A stretch of 63,994 bases of DNA, the filler included, from Octopus bimaculoides (taxonomy: Eukaryota): NCBI RefSeq assembly GCF_001194135.2. It is 5 parts of 5 records of this genome, joined end to end, with 100 filler letters (N's around TTAATTAATTAA, not from the genome) between each part and the next. Parts side by side here need not be neighbours in the genome. Positions count along the whole stretch, not along the records: positions 36,784 to 54,421 come from NC_068983.1; 4 more parts are not named here. One strand, given 5' to 3'. The notes beneath the pieces are model-generated. The model searched no databases and was not told the DNA's origin. It saw nothing but the letters and a program-made list of their open reading frames with translations. Positions 39,145-51,035 of the stretch are shown piece after piece (positions within the stretch are counted from its first letter, which is position 1; every line of letters starts with the position of its first letter). A program made the position numbers and the translations under genes.

Positions 39145-40135
39145 TCTTTTACTCTTTTATTTGTTTCAGTTATTTGACTGCGGCCATGCTGGAGCACCGC
39201 CTTTAGTCGACCCCAGGACTTATTCTTTGTAAGCCTAGTACTTATTCNNNNNNNNNNNNNNNNNNNNNNNNNNNNNNNNNNNNNNNNNNNNNNNNNNNNN
39301 NNNNNNNNNNNNNNNNNNNNNNNNNNNNNNNNNNNNNNNNNNNNNNNNNNNNNNNNNNNNNNNNNNNNNNNNNNNNNNNNNNNNNNNNNNNNNNNNNNNN
39401 NNNNNNNNNNNNNNNNNNNNNNNNNNNNNNNNNNNNNNNNNNNNNNNNNNNNNNNNNNNNNNNNNNNNNNNNNNNNNNNNNNNNNNNNNNNNNNNNNNNN
39501 NNNNNNNNNNNNNNNNNNNNNNNNNNNNNNNNNNNNNNNNNNNNNNNNNNNNNNNNNNNNNNNNNNNNNNNNNNNNNNNNNNNNNNNNNNNNNNNNNNNN
39601 NNNNNNNNNNNNNNNNNNNNNNNNNNNNNNNNNNNNNNNNNNNNNNNNNNNNNNNNNNNNNNNNNNNNNNNNNNNNNNNNNNNNNNNNNNNNNNNNNNNN
39701 NNNNNNNNNNNNNNNNNNNNNNNNNNNNNNNNNNNNNNNNNNNNNNNNNNNNNNNNNNNNNNNNNNNNNNNNNNNNNNNNNNNNNNNNNNNNNNNNNNNN
39801 NNNNNNNNNNNNNNNNNNNNNNNNNNNNNNNNNNNNNNNNNNNNNNNNNNNNNNNNNNNNNNNNNNNNNNNNNNNNNNNNNNNNNNNNNNNNNNNNNNNN
39901 NNNNNNNNNNNNNNNNNNNNNNNNNNNNNNNNNNNNNNNNNNNNNNNNNNNNNNNNNNNNNNNNNNNNNNNNNNNNNNNNNNNNNNNNNNNNNNNNNNNN
40001 NNNNNNNNNNNNNNNNNNNNNNNNNGTACTAGGCTTACAAAGAATAAGTCCTGGGGTAGATTTGATTCGACTAAAGGCGGTGCTCCAGCATGGCCGCAGT
40101 CAAATGACTGAAACAAGTAAAAGAGTAAAAGAGTA
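39145..40135. repeat. Inverted pair of family-B SINE tails flanking a 778-N gap
   Basis: 39145-39247 is a minus-strand tail and 40026-40135 a plus-strand tail of the same SINE. Confidence 0.7.
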
Positions 40136-40159
40136 GAACTACTTACTAACAATAACTCT

Positions 40160-40526
40160 GAGCACCTTTTCAAACTCCACCTGTCTAACACCTGTGGACA
40201 TGTTTGCAAAGTAAGAAAACAGCACAGCTCTCATGACTTTCGGAAACACTTTTTCACGCTAAGAGTTGCTGAAGTATGGAACAAACTGCCGGCATCAATT
40301 GTTAGTTGTTGGAGCACTGCATCCTTCAAAACTTCCATGCTTCCTGAAATTCGCCAACACTACACCTGATTTTCTCCCCTCCATACACACACAAGCATGT
40401 ATCTGACTCATACACTGTTCACTTTCCAGACATTTGTACAATACTGCATATGCTTTATATGCATTTTTGACAAGTTGTAGTGCACCTGAGCACTGTATAC
40501 AATAATTTCATTATGATTATTATTAC

Positions 40527-40566
<40 letters not shown>
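40160..40566 (+). mobile_element. CR1-clade LINE 3' end (ORF2 C-terminus, 3'UTR, (ATT)n tail)
   Basis: Open frame 40160-40369: EHLFKLHLSNTCGHVCKVRKQHSSHDFRKHFFTLRVAEVWNKLPASIVSCWSTASFKTSM...* (CR1 signature RGH..K....RK.FF..RV...WN.LP...V......FK); ATT tail at about 40510-40566. Confidence 0.85.
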
Positions 40567-40619
40567 TTAAGCACACATTACAATGTGTGTGTGTGTGCGA
40601 TCTCAACTGTCCGATGAAC

Positions 40620-41020
40620 GGTAACGTGAAGCAGTTTATGAAGAATTTTTCGGCTCAAGATATATATATATAACCCACACTCCACCCATGCCTTCCCCAC
40701 CTCCCAACACCCTCACATCACACCACACCAATACCCTCGCATAACACCACGCACACACTACAACTGACCAACTACTTTCTCCCTTTCTCCCTTCCCCATT
40801 TTCACACTACATACGTCAAGATCACCAGCATTCTACCTCCCACACACAGCCCCTCATTCCCGATCACCGTTTGTTATCTCCCCCTTTCTTAGCTCTCCTG
40901 ANNNNNNNNNNAGCGTAGCTCGAAACGTCAAAGACTTTCCGTATTCCCGAGCGTCATACTAATATATCATTTTGTTATTTACACCACCTGTCCTCGTCTG
41001 TTGTTATTATTTGTATATTC
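40620..41020 (+). mobile_element. Probable Penelope terminal-repeat region
   Basis: C-rich tract followed by CTGA..AGCGTAGCTCGAAACGTC..GAGCGTC..TAATA; a related segment lies on the minus strand at about 36240-36320. Family assignment inferred. Confidence 0.45.
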
Positions 41021-42234
41021 TCCCATATATATATATATATATCTTGTTTTCCGTCCGCCACTATCCTCCACGAAAAAGAATTAATTTGTGTTCGTGGGAA
41101 GAGCCACTTTAACGATGCGCCCTGCCCTAACTCTTCGAAACGCCGGTGTTTTAATGGTGACAGCTGATGAAGGATATGTTCCCTATGTGGCCTGCTTGTT
41201 TGTTGTACCTTGTTTATCATTTTGTCCATGTTCTTTTGCCACGCCATGTACCCAGATATGTATCTATATGTACATGTAGATGAACGTATATACATACATG
41301 TACATATATATGCATATACTCATATATTGTTTNNNNNNNNNNNNNNNNNNNNNNNNNNNNNNNNNNNNNNNNNNNNNNNNNNNNNNNNNNNNNNNNNNNN
41401 NNNNNNNNNNNNNNNNNNNNNNNNNNNNNNNNNNNNNNNNNNNNNNNNNNNNNNNNNNNNNNNNNNNNNNNNNNNNNNNNNNNNNNNNNNNNNNNNNNNN
41501 NNNNNNNNNNNNNNNNNNNNNNNNNNNNNNNNNNNNNNNNNNNNNNNNNNNNNNNNNNNNNNNNNNNNNNNNNNNNNNNNNNNNNNNNNNNNNNNNNNNN
41601 NNNNNNNNNNNNNNNNNNNNNNNNNNNNNNNNNNNNNNNNNNNNNNNNNNNNNNNNNNNNNNNNNNNNNNNNNNNNNNNNNNNNNNNNNNNNNNNNNNNN
41701 NNNNNNNNNNNNNNNNNNNNNNNNNNNNNNNNNNNNNNNNNNNNNNNNNNNNNNNNNNNNNNNNNNNNNNNNNNNNNNNNNNNNNNNNNNNNNNNNNNNN
41801 NNNNNNNNNNNNNNNNNNNNNNNNNNNNNNNNNNNNNNNNNNNNNNNNNNNNNACACAACCTAGAACCACGTTGTTGATAAGCACAGATCTTAACTATAC
41901 ACTTGTATGTGGTCACTTGTGTTAAGTGTGTGTGTGTGTCTATTCGCACGCATGTCTGCATGTATATCACCACGACCACCATCATCATCATCATCATCAT
42001 CGACATCAACACCATCATCATCATCCTTTAACACTATGGTCGGCCCGAGGCTTGAGTAGAAGACACTTTTTGCTCAAGGTAACATGCAATGGAACTGAAC
42101 TCGGAACCATGTGGTTGGGAAGCAAACTTCTTTCCACACAGCCACACCTATGCCACGCCTGCACCTATATATATATATGTATGTGTATATATATATATAT
42201 ATATATATCCATCCATTCATCTTCTCTGTCCCCT

Positions 42235-42650
42235 GTTCTTGGGACAGTCGTGGGGCTAGAGTCCTGAAGTATCTCCTCCGTAGGTTCCTATCAGAAGTAA
42301 CTGTCATTTGACTTTCTGGCTGGATTCCTAAGCGTGACCAACTGAAAGCATGGATATTATCCAACCATATCATTCTTGCTCTATCCTTACGTCTCCTGCC
42401 AGTTGGCCCAGCTTAAAGAATCTGTCTGCCAATTCTTCCCTGTGCCATTCTAATCACATGTCCACAGTATTAGAACTGTGACCTCTGAATGCGAAGAAAC
42501 AACGGTTCGACCTGGAAAGACTCCTTCATCTTCGAGCTATGCACCCTATCGAGAAACGTTGCCCACCAAAACCCTTCAGAGAAATCCTATTTTGGTCTCT
42601 TGTATTCATGGTTGTAGTCTTTTGGTTATTACACAATATCAATGACCATA
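42235..42650 (-). mobile_element. RTE-clade LINE 3' fragment
   Basis: Reverse-strand LDRVHSSKMKESFQVEPLFLRIQRSQF*YCGHVIRMAQGRIGRQIL*AGPTGRRRKDRARMIWLDNI, matching the RTE pattern R.QLRW.GHV.RM...R......P.G.R.RGRP...W.D.I. Confidence 0.75.
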
Positions 42651-43019
42651 GGAAAAGATATGTACATATGCACAAATGCATATATGTGTATATATGTATA
42701 TGTATGTATATATGTACATATGTATATATGTGTATGTATGTATATATGTATGTATATATATGTCAAGCCCAATTGTATTTATCTCTTGTAACCACTCTTG
42801 GCGCAGTGGACCCAGTCCTGGATGAAGAATGCATTCACCTATTGTCTGAATATGTATGTGTGTGTGTGTGCATGCGCGTGTATGTGTGTATGGGTGCGTG
42901 CGTGTGTGTGCGTATGCGTGTGTTAGTACGTGCATGTGTGTGTGCGTGCGTGCGTGTGTTTATGTGTGCGTTTGTAAGTGTGTGCGTGTGTGTGTGTGGT
43001 ATTATATTATATTGCGTTA

Positions 43020-43470
43020 GACTCTTGTCATTTCGATGAATGACGTTTCGTCAGGATCAGCAGTCCACAGCCACACGGTGGTCTTAGTTCGATGAGAGAA
43101 TTCACTCCTGCCAAGGATTTGCAGCTCTGGCTGCAGACGTTGCATTAATGATCTCGGTTATCTGCGGTTAGAATGAACAATGGATCTACACTGAGCTTTT
43201 CCTCCTTCAGGAGATTCTGGTTGCCTCAAGGTCGGTGAGGACTTTGTAGCAAGAGCTTCTGCACTGGTTTCTATTCAGATCTTCTGATTCCCGCGTCTTC
43301 GGGTTTATTTTGCAGGTTTTCAAGTAGGTCTTTTAGAGTATACAGGAATGTATGAGTACATCAACATGTCTGCTTTTATTGCTCACTCGACAGTATTTAA
43401 AGTGAGGCTGAGATCAATATTGATCTGTTTAGCTCAATATGATGGATAATTAGAATGGAGAATAATGTAA
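43020..43470 (-). mobile_element. RTE/BovB-like LINE 3' fragment with C-terminal zinc finger
   Basis: Reverse-strand KTYLKTCKINPKTRESEDLNRNQCRSSCY and CNVCSQSCKSLAGVNS-H; frameshifted. Confidence 0.6.
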
Positions 43471-43509
43471 ACTAGTTCAACCCCCAGCATTAATATCTTT
43501 ACTGTTCCC

Positions 43510-43700
43510 GTCACCACCACCACCACCACCACCACCTCCGCTGCCGCCGTCGCCTCTGCCGCCTCTGCCGCCGTCGCCTCTGCCGCCGCCGCCTCCGCCG
43601 CCTCCGCCNNNNNNNNNNNNNNNNNNNNNNNNCACCACCACCACCACCTCCGCTGCCGCCGTCGCCTCTGCCGCCGCCGCCTCCGCCGCCGCCGAAGCGG
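43510..43700. repeat. GC-rich (CAC)/(GCC)n trinucleotide tract, partly duplicated across a gap
   Basis: Directly visible; CACCACCACCACCTCCGCTGCCGCCGTCGCCTCTGCC occurs on both sides of the N run. Confidence 0.9.
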
Positions 43701-43934
43701 GTGGGCGGAGGCGCCACGTCGAAAACGGTAGAAGAGTAGGGGTCAAAACTGGACGTGGTTCCTCCTGATGATGTCTTTAGCCACTGAATCCTATAAAGGA
43801 GCTGTTGCGGTAGCGAACCACGAAACGTGATTGGAATATTTCCCTAACTTTCCGATAACAGTTCTCCGAATTGCGTCGGATGCTTGAGTTTGAAGTTTCT
43901 ATCTCACAGCTTGCTTGCTGCACGTATTTTCTTG

Positions 43935-44110
43935 AACTGTAGCAATACGTTTCATGTGCGCTTTCCTATTTTGTGGGGCTCGTCGATTTAGAGTTAAGAT
44001 TGAAATAGGTGGAGCTGTTCGTGCCATCTACAAGAAACGTTCTGGAAGACCGTGAATATTGGCGAGCCCAACAAAATCGGAAAGCGCACTTGAAACGTTT
44101 TGCTACAGTT
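43935..44110. repeat. Foldback element / MITE-like hairpin with 48-bp arms
   Basis: 43935-43982 versus reverse complement of 44063-44110: 44/48 identical; 80-nt spacer. Confidence 0.8.
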
Positions 44111-44381
44111 GTTGGATCTATTTGAAACTCCTTCTTAAAACTGTCTTCGCACTTCGACTGTACTCTATGTTAGCAGTTTAAATAAGAACGTTTTTAGTGG
44201 AATAACTGTTTCTGGGTGGAAGAAGATAAAAACCAAACAAGGCATTGAACTCAAAAGGGTTAATGTTCTTATTGAGTTAGGAATAGAGAAGGACACGAAT
44301 TGATGAACAGATAACGTTGGGGTTATCGTTGTTCTTCACTATATAGAAATTCCTTTGCTAGTTTGCTTTCTTACTTACATA

Positions 44382-45534
44382 CAACAGTGTCAGATAAATT
44401 CGTCCGTTTCTTTCCAATGTAATTTAAATCAACACGAAAAATATTTTTATGGCAGTGTCATATGATTCTTTGTAGCTCTATTCTTTCTTCACAGCCTTGG
44501 TTTATCGTTTTTGAAATTGGAATTAATTTTACCGCTTTTCCAGACATACGACAAATGGAGTGTCAAAATGAGCGTTCTTGACAGCTGTTTCTCTTCGCTT
44601 TCAGTCATGGTTCCAAAACTGCCAAAGTCGCTCAAGACATTTGTGTTGCATACAGAGGAGAGAAGGCGCTATTACCGAAGGAACTATACAGAAATAGTTT
44701 CCATACTTCAAGGTGGGGAAATTCAACCTCGCAGACTCTTCGCATTCTGGTCAACCTGTTTCAGTCCAATGAGGATCAATTGAACGAACTTCTTCTTGAG
44801 GATCTACGCCAATCCACCAGGGAACTGCACCAGCAGATGGGAAGCGCTCATGATACCGTCACCTGTCACCTTCATTTTATAGGTAGTGTCCACACTCTCT
44901 GAACGAAAGAGTCAAACTCCATTGCTCCTCTTTCGTTGCCAGTTTGCTCGCCCGACACCAGGCTACTCGTGGACACAAACAGATTGCTTTAGTGCATCGA
45001 CATCAACGATGAAAAACAGTACCTTTGCGTCATATGAAGCAGATGAAAGAATAAATGAGTCCCGACCAGCAAGCAACACATCATGCCAGAGCTGCATTCA
45101 CGCAAGACAATGATCTGCGTTAGATGGGATTGGGAAGGGCTAATAAACTACGAAATGCTTGAAGAATAACCACAGTCAATGCAGAGGTTTACATTCATCA
45201 AATGCATTGACTCATCGAAGCAGTCTAGCTGAAACGACCCGACTGGCGACACGGCGTGCGTCTTCATCACTCTGGACGTTTCGAATTTGTCCAAAAATGC
45301 TATTCAAGAGCTTGGTTTGCGAAGTTCTACCGCACCCACTGCATTCTTCTGATGCAGCACTTCCAAATTATTACTTTTTTCGATCGAAATCCAACAGTTT
45401 GCAAGGCGTTTCGTTTAACAACAACAGTGGGGCTGAAAATGCGACTCAATGAATTCTTCGATTGTACTGTCATGGCATTGGCAAACTTATGAAAATATAT
45501 GGTAAAAAATGAACGAAATAAGCCGACAACCCAA
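44382..45534 (+). mobile_element. Degenerate near-full-length mariner DNA transposon (transposase pseudogene from about 44547)
   Basis: Conceptual translation across frameshifts gives mariner motifs: HTH region (AQDICVAY.GEGAITEGT...FKVGKFNLADSSHSGQP; NEDQLNELLLEDLRQSTRELHQQMG), IDE-like first Asp, YEMLE...TVNAEVY, and EVLPHPLHSSDAALPNYYFFRS (cf. HPPYSPDLAPSDYHLF). Degenerate TIRs; TA at 44380-44381 and 45535-45536. Confidence 0.85.
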
Positions 45535-46499
45535 TACACACACGCGCCCACACATCATCCTCATCATTTTATGCCTACTTTCCATGTTGGCATGGGTTGG
45601 AAATTTTGATACAAAGGACATAACTTTGTTCCAATATCTGGTTTGGAATGGTTTCAATGGCTGGATGCCCTTCCAAAAATCCACCACTTTACAGAGTGTA
45701 CTGGGTGCTTTTTCATGGCACCAGTACTGATGAAGTCATCTTGAATGAGTAAAGAGTCTCCTCAGCTAAGGAGGTTTGTATTGAGAGAGAGGGAGAGAGG
45801 GTTAGCTTTATGCGAGCTGTTAAAAAATTAAAGTGTGACAGGAAATACAGGAATAGATATACACACACACATATGCAAATATAGATACATACACATTTAT
45901 AGATATATGCATTCATACACACACACATACATATATAAAGCAGCAGGTATTGATCTACGTCTACAGTAATAATAAGTCAATTAGCAATAATTAAGTAGTA
46001 AACTAGCAGTCATTAGAGTATTGGATAGAATACCTTATGATATTTTTTCAATCCCTGTACTCAGGGATCAAATCCCACCAAGATTAACTTAGTATTGTTT
46101 AAATGTTGATAAACACTGAACCAATTGAGAGAATAGATTAGCAGAAGTGTTCTTTACAGGATTTTTTCCAGCCTCAGAGCAATGTCTGTGACAACACTGG
46201 CACCGAACTGACCTTTCTCTTGGATAAACATCAGTGGTGTGAGAATGGGGACAGGGACATTTTCAGACGTGGGCAACTGTCAGTCTTCCATGAAAGGAAA
46301 TTTGCCTCCTGGTCTGTGCAAATGCAAATACATACCAAGAACTGGCCAATGGAGAGCATCCCCAAGACCCCTTCCTTCCACCCATGTCCACTCACTGCAT
46401 TCCCTTCCCACTTGTGTGAACTTACCTGTCCTCTCACCTTATCCTACCCTTTGTACCACTTCACTTATAAATCCCTTCCTGTAACTTGGTGATACCCTG

Positions 46500-47432
46500 A
46501 CACATCTTGTCTCAGGCTCTCTCCTGTCCTTTTCCATCTGGGGTACCCATGTATCCCTTCTACTGCAAGACACTGGTTTCTGTCCCTCTGTCATCAGCTG
46601 GCACAAAACTACTCCGCTCAATACTGCAACACCATTTAATTGAAGGGTCTTGTGAGTTATTTGGTGATCTCTGTGGTGCTGGTACCACATAAAAAGCACC
46701 CAGTACATTCTGTAGAGTGGGTGGTGTTAGAAATGGCATCCAGCCATAGGAACCATCTCAAAGCAAACAGCTGAGCTTAAGGCAAGTCTTCTGGCTAACC
46801 ATCCAATCCATACCAGCATGGAAAATGGATGTTAAATGATGATGATGATGATGAAGAATTCTACAAGTCCAGCTGCTTAGGGGAGAATCAAATGTTTTCA
46901 AGCTTTTCTTTTAAGCTGAAACTGAAGCAACCTTCCTACATTGGACACTAAACTCTGCTTGCGAAGACCTGTTGGGGCAAGTGAAATTGTAACTAAACCA
47001 AATTTGATGACTGGCATCTGTGCCAGTGGAGTGTTAACAGCACCATCCGAGCGGGATCACTACCAGAGCAGCGGTCTGGCTTCCGTGCCGGTGGTATGTA
47101 AAAAGCACCATTTGAGCATGACCGTTACCAGCGTTGCCTTACTGGCACTTGTGCCGGTGGCATGTGAACAAAACATTCAAGCGAGGTCATTGCCAGCGCT
47201 GCTGGACTTACTCTTGTGCAGGTGGCATGTAAAAACATGATTTGAGAATGGCTGTTGCCAGTACCGCCTGACTGGCCCTTGTGGAACGTAGAAGCACCTA
47301 CTACATTCTCAGAGTGGTTGGCATATTAGGAAGGGCATCCAGCTGTAGAGGCTGGCTATCCAGACCTCAGTCAAACAGTCCAACCCATGCCAGCATGGAA
47401 AACGGACGTTAATCAATGATGATGATGATGAT
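46500..47432 (+). mobile_element. Two interspersed repeats of a fourth family ending in (ATG)n tails
   Basis: Both 46500-46855 and 46940-47432 end in CCATGCCAGCATGGAAAA-like..GTTAA..(ATG)n; the second has internal repeats of GCCGGTGGCATGTAAAAAGCACC-like units; related piece at about 45590-45760. Confidence 0.55.
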
Positions 47433-47897
47433 AGACCTCAAAAAAAGGTATGGCTAAGTTGATCTCAGCAAGATTGGAACTCAGAAATAAAGTGCTTAAG
47501 CAATGACACTCAGCATTTGTCCAGTGCACTAACAGTTCTACTTGGTCACCAACTTAGCAACAATAATCTTTTCTACTCTAGGCACAATGCCTGAAATTTT
47601 TAGATCGACCCAAGTACGCAACTGGTACTTAATTCATTGACCTCAAAAGGATGAAAGGCAGAGTCAACCTTGGTGNNNNNNNNNNNNNNNNNNNNNNNNN
47701 NNNNNNNNNNNNNNNNNNNNNNNNNNNNNNNNNNNNNNNNNNNNNNNNNNNNNNNNNNNNNNNNNNNNNNNNNNNNNNNNNNNNNNNNNNNNNNNNNNNN
47801 NNNNNNNNNNNNNNNNNNNNNNNNNNNNNNNNNNNNNNNNNNNNNNNNNNNNNNNNNNNNNNNNNNNNNNNNNNNNNNNNNNNNNNNNNNNNNNNNN

Positions 47898-47929
<32 letters not shown>

Positions 47930-49338
47930 CACTGGAGGAGAAATTGTCTTTTAATGAGCACCAGAGAAAGGTTAAGAATTTAGGAGAGAAAGAAGAGAAT
48001 AATTTAATTTACAACCAGGACATGCAGGTGTGGCCTTGTGGTTAAGAAGTTTGCTTTCCAATCATATGGTATCAGTTTCACTTCTACTCTGTAGCACTTT
48101 GGACTAGTGTCTTCTGCTAGAGCACCTGGCCAACCTTTTGAATATTGTGAGTTGATTTGGTAGATGGAAACTTAAAGAATCCTATTTTGTGTGCGTCTCC
48201 TTGTCTTGACATTGCAAACAAATGTCACTGTCATACAAGCAGTATCATTCACTTCCAATATTCTGTGAGGGCATGTCTGGTCACAGAGAAAATATCATCT
48301 TGCTTGGAAATTAGCGAGGGTTGGGTGGCAGGAACCATATCTGGTCATAGAAAATTTGCCTCAATAAACTCTGCCCAAAGAAAGCAGCCATTAAAACAAC
48401 GATATTTCTACATGGAAAGAACTCTTTTTATTTTTGGAAAAATGTACAAGAAGTTTCTGCCATTTCCAAAGAAATGCCTCATCAACCACACATTGTCATA
48501 AAAAGTGGTTATTTTATAAAACCTTCCTGTTATGGTTAGTCCCATGTCAGCCCAAATCGAGCAGATCTATGATACAAGATGTTCTGGTCGTGGCCATCCT
48601 ATAATTAATTTTTCAGGCATAGTGTATCTAGGACTACATTAACGAATATATCCTCCCCATTTTTATGGTGGCCGGTTGTGATTTAATAGAGATTTGGTGG
48701 GTTTTTTTTTTCTAGCAGAGTGAACAAGCAGATAACTAGGATCTTTATATCTAGTGTGAATGAAAACTAGTGTTAGGAGTATGAGTTCTAATAAAAACGG
48801 AGAATAATAAAGTTGCGGGAGACATTTGATTAAGTTGACTCCAGTATATAACTGGTACTTCATTGTATTGACCCTGGAAGAATGAAAGGTAAAACGAGAC
48901 TATGGCAGGATTTGAACTCAGAAAGTAAAGTGAAATAAACACTGAGGATATTTTGTCATTCTTCAGATTCTGTTGTCTCCGCCCTTCAATAGGAATAATT
49001 CTTTCTGCTGTAGGCACAGAGCCTGAAATTTCGAGGGGAGGGGGCTAGTGAGTGTGCTAGTTGGTTATATCAACCTCTAGTAATCAAATGGTACTTTTTC
49101 TTATGAACCTTGAAAGGATGAAAGGCAAAGTCAACCTAGGTGGAATTTGAAATCAGAATGCAAAGATGAATGAAATGCCACTAAACATTTTGTCTGGCAT
49201 GCTAACAATTCTGCTAGCTGAAAGCCTTAACAATAATAGTGCTAGTTTTAAATATTTTAACAAGGTGTGGAGGTAAATTTGTATTAGAGAGAGAGAAGAA
49301 ATACGAATTTGCAAGTTTCATGTTTTTTCCAAAGGTTT

Positions 49339-49543
49339 AACTGTTGAGATGATGTATGTTTCTTTCAATAAATTTTAAATACAACAAAGAATTTAGTAAA
49401 ATAACTTCGTTATCATTAAGCTAGTGTTAGGAACATAAATTGTGACTAAGGTTTGACGGAAGACTTTAATTCAGAACTTTTGAAAACAAGTCATTTGTAT
49501 CACAGAGCCAGAGGCGATTTCAGTCAGGTTGGTGTCAAAAGGG
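49339..49543. mobile_element. Second, left-truncated copy of the same piggyBac-type MITE
   Basis: High identity to 49590-49771; ends GGTGTCAAAAGGG|TTTA; carries an extra internal segment of about 25 bp. Confidence 0.75.
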
Positions 49544-49571
49544 TTTAGAATTGTTTCTCTATCTATTTTAA

Positions 49572-49771
49572 CCCTTTTGTTACCATTATTTCTGTTGAGA
49601 TGCTCTGTGTTTCTTTCTATCAATTCTAAATATGACAAAGAATTTAGCAAAATAACTTAGTTATCATTCAGCTAGTGTTAGGAACATAAATTGTGACTAA
49701 GGTTTGGTGGAAGATTTTAATGCAGAACTTTTGAGCTAGAGGCGATTTCAGCTGGGTTGGTATCAAAAGGG
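49572..49771. mobile_element. piggyBac-type MITE, 200 bp
   Basis: TTAA at 49568-49571 and 49772-49775; 13-bp TIR CCCTTTTGTTACC / GGTATCAAAAGGG (1 mismatch). Confidence 0.85.
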
Positions 49772-50445
49772 TTAAAGAATAAAAGATATGACCTTATGAC
49801 ATCAGAATAGATGAAATGAAATAAGCTTCTAGTGAGAATTGAAACTGGACTCCTTCTAAGAACAGATTCTACCAAACCTTATGTCTTGTGCTCAAAGCAA
49901 TTTCACATCCAAAATAATTTTAAATACACACAAAAAAAAAAAAAAAAAAAAAAAGAGGAAAGGAAAAAAAAATCTGTGCCCAGCCCTTAATTTCTTCCTT
50001 CTCTGTTGTATCTGACAATAAGGAGTTGGCACCCGGCTCAGGGGTGGCACATGAGAACAACACATTGAGGAAACAATAATAAATAAATAAACAGGACATT
50101 TCTTTTTTATTCCATGCATCTTTTGTTGTTTTTAATACAATGATGATGATGATGATGACGATGATGATAGCTGTACGTATGTAAGTACACATATACATTA
50201 TAGATATATGTGTGTGTATGTTTATATTTTTGTATTTGCTTGTGTGTGTGTACATGTGTGAATGAACTCAACATTTGAAAGACAACATTATCAAAATGGA
50301 CGATGTTAAGAGACAATTTATACAATTGTTTTATTACACACTTGTTTGTGAGTGTGTATGTGCGTGAATTTATATACACACACACACATGTATACTATAT
50401 ACAATGAATGAATAGTATTTACACAAGTGTGTGCTATCGTGTGTA

Positions 50446-50492
<47 letters not shown>

Positions 50493-51004
50493 TTTATAAT
50501 AAATTTTTGTTACTATTCTAAATACCAAAGGTTTCCTGCTGATGAAGATCAGCAATTTTTCAACCAGAATTCAAAACAGACATGATACTGCCATTAATGC
50601 TGTATGCATATTTGTGTGTATGTGTCTGTGTATATATATATTACATCAATACACACACACACCCATATTTGTATATATATATATATATATATATGTGTTA
50701 TTGTGTATATCTATATATATAAAAGTGTGTCTGAGTGTATATAACATATACACACATAAGCATTATCATACAGTTGAATTTGAAATATATATATGTATGT
50801 ATAATTATGTAAGCATAGTAACAATTTATAATATATGTGTGTGCGTGCATATAATTATATAAATGTGTGTGCATGCATATATGTTATATATATGTATATA
50901 TATATATATATATAGGTGTGTGTGTGTGTGTGTGTAAATAATACAAGCCTCATCATGCATTTTTGATGGATAAATATACTAGTGTCTGTGTAATCAGATA
51001 TATA

Positions 51005-51035
<31 letters not shown>

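Noticed and set aside
41130-41200. CGAAAC and CTGATGAAG motifs suggesting a second hammerhead
   Set aside because: No valid stem III or NUH cleavage triplet, and stem II does not pair.
43477-43746. Poly-Gly/Ala/Arg ORFs resembling a homopolymer-rich transcription factor
   Set aside because: (GCC)n tract duplicated across a gap, with no domain or splice context.
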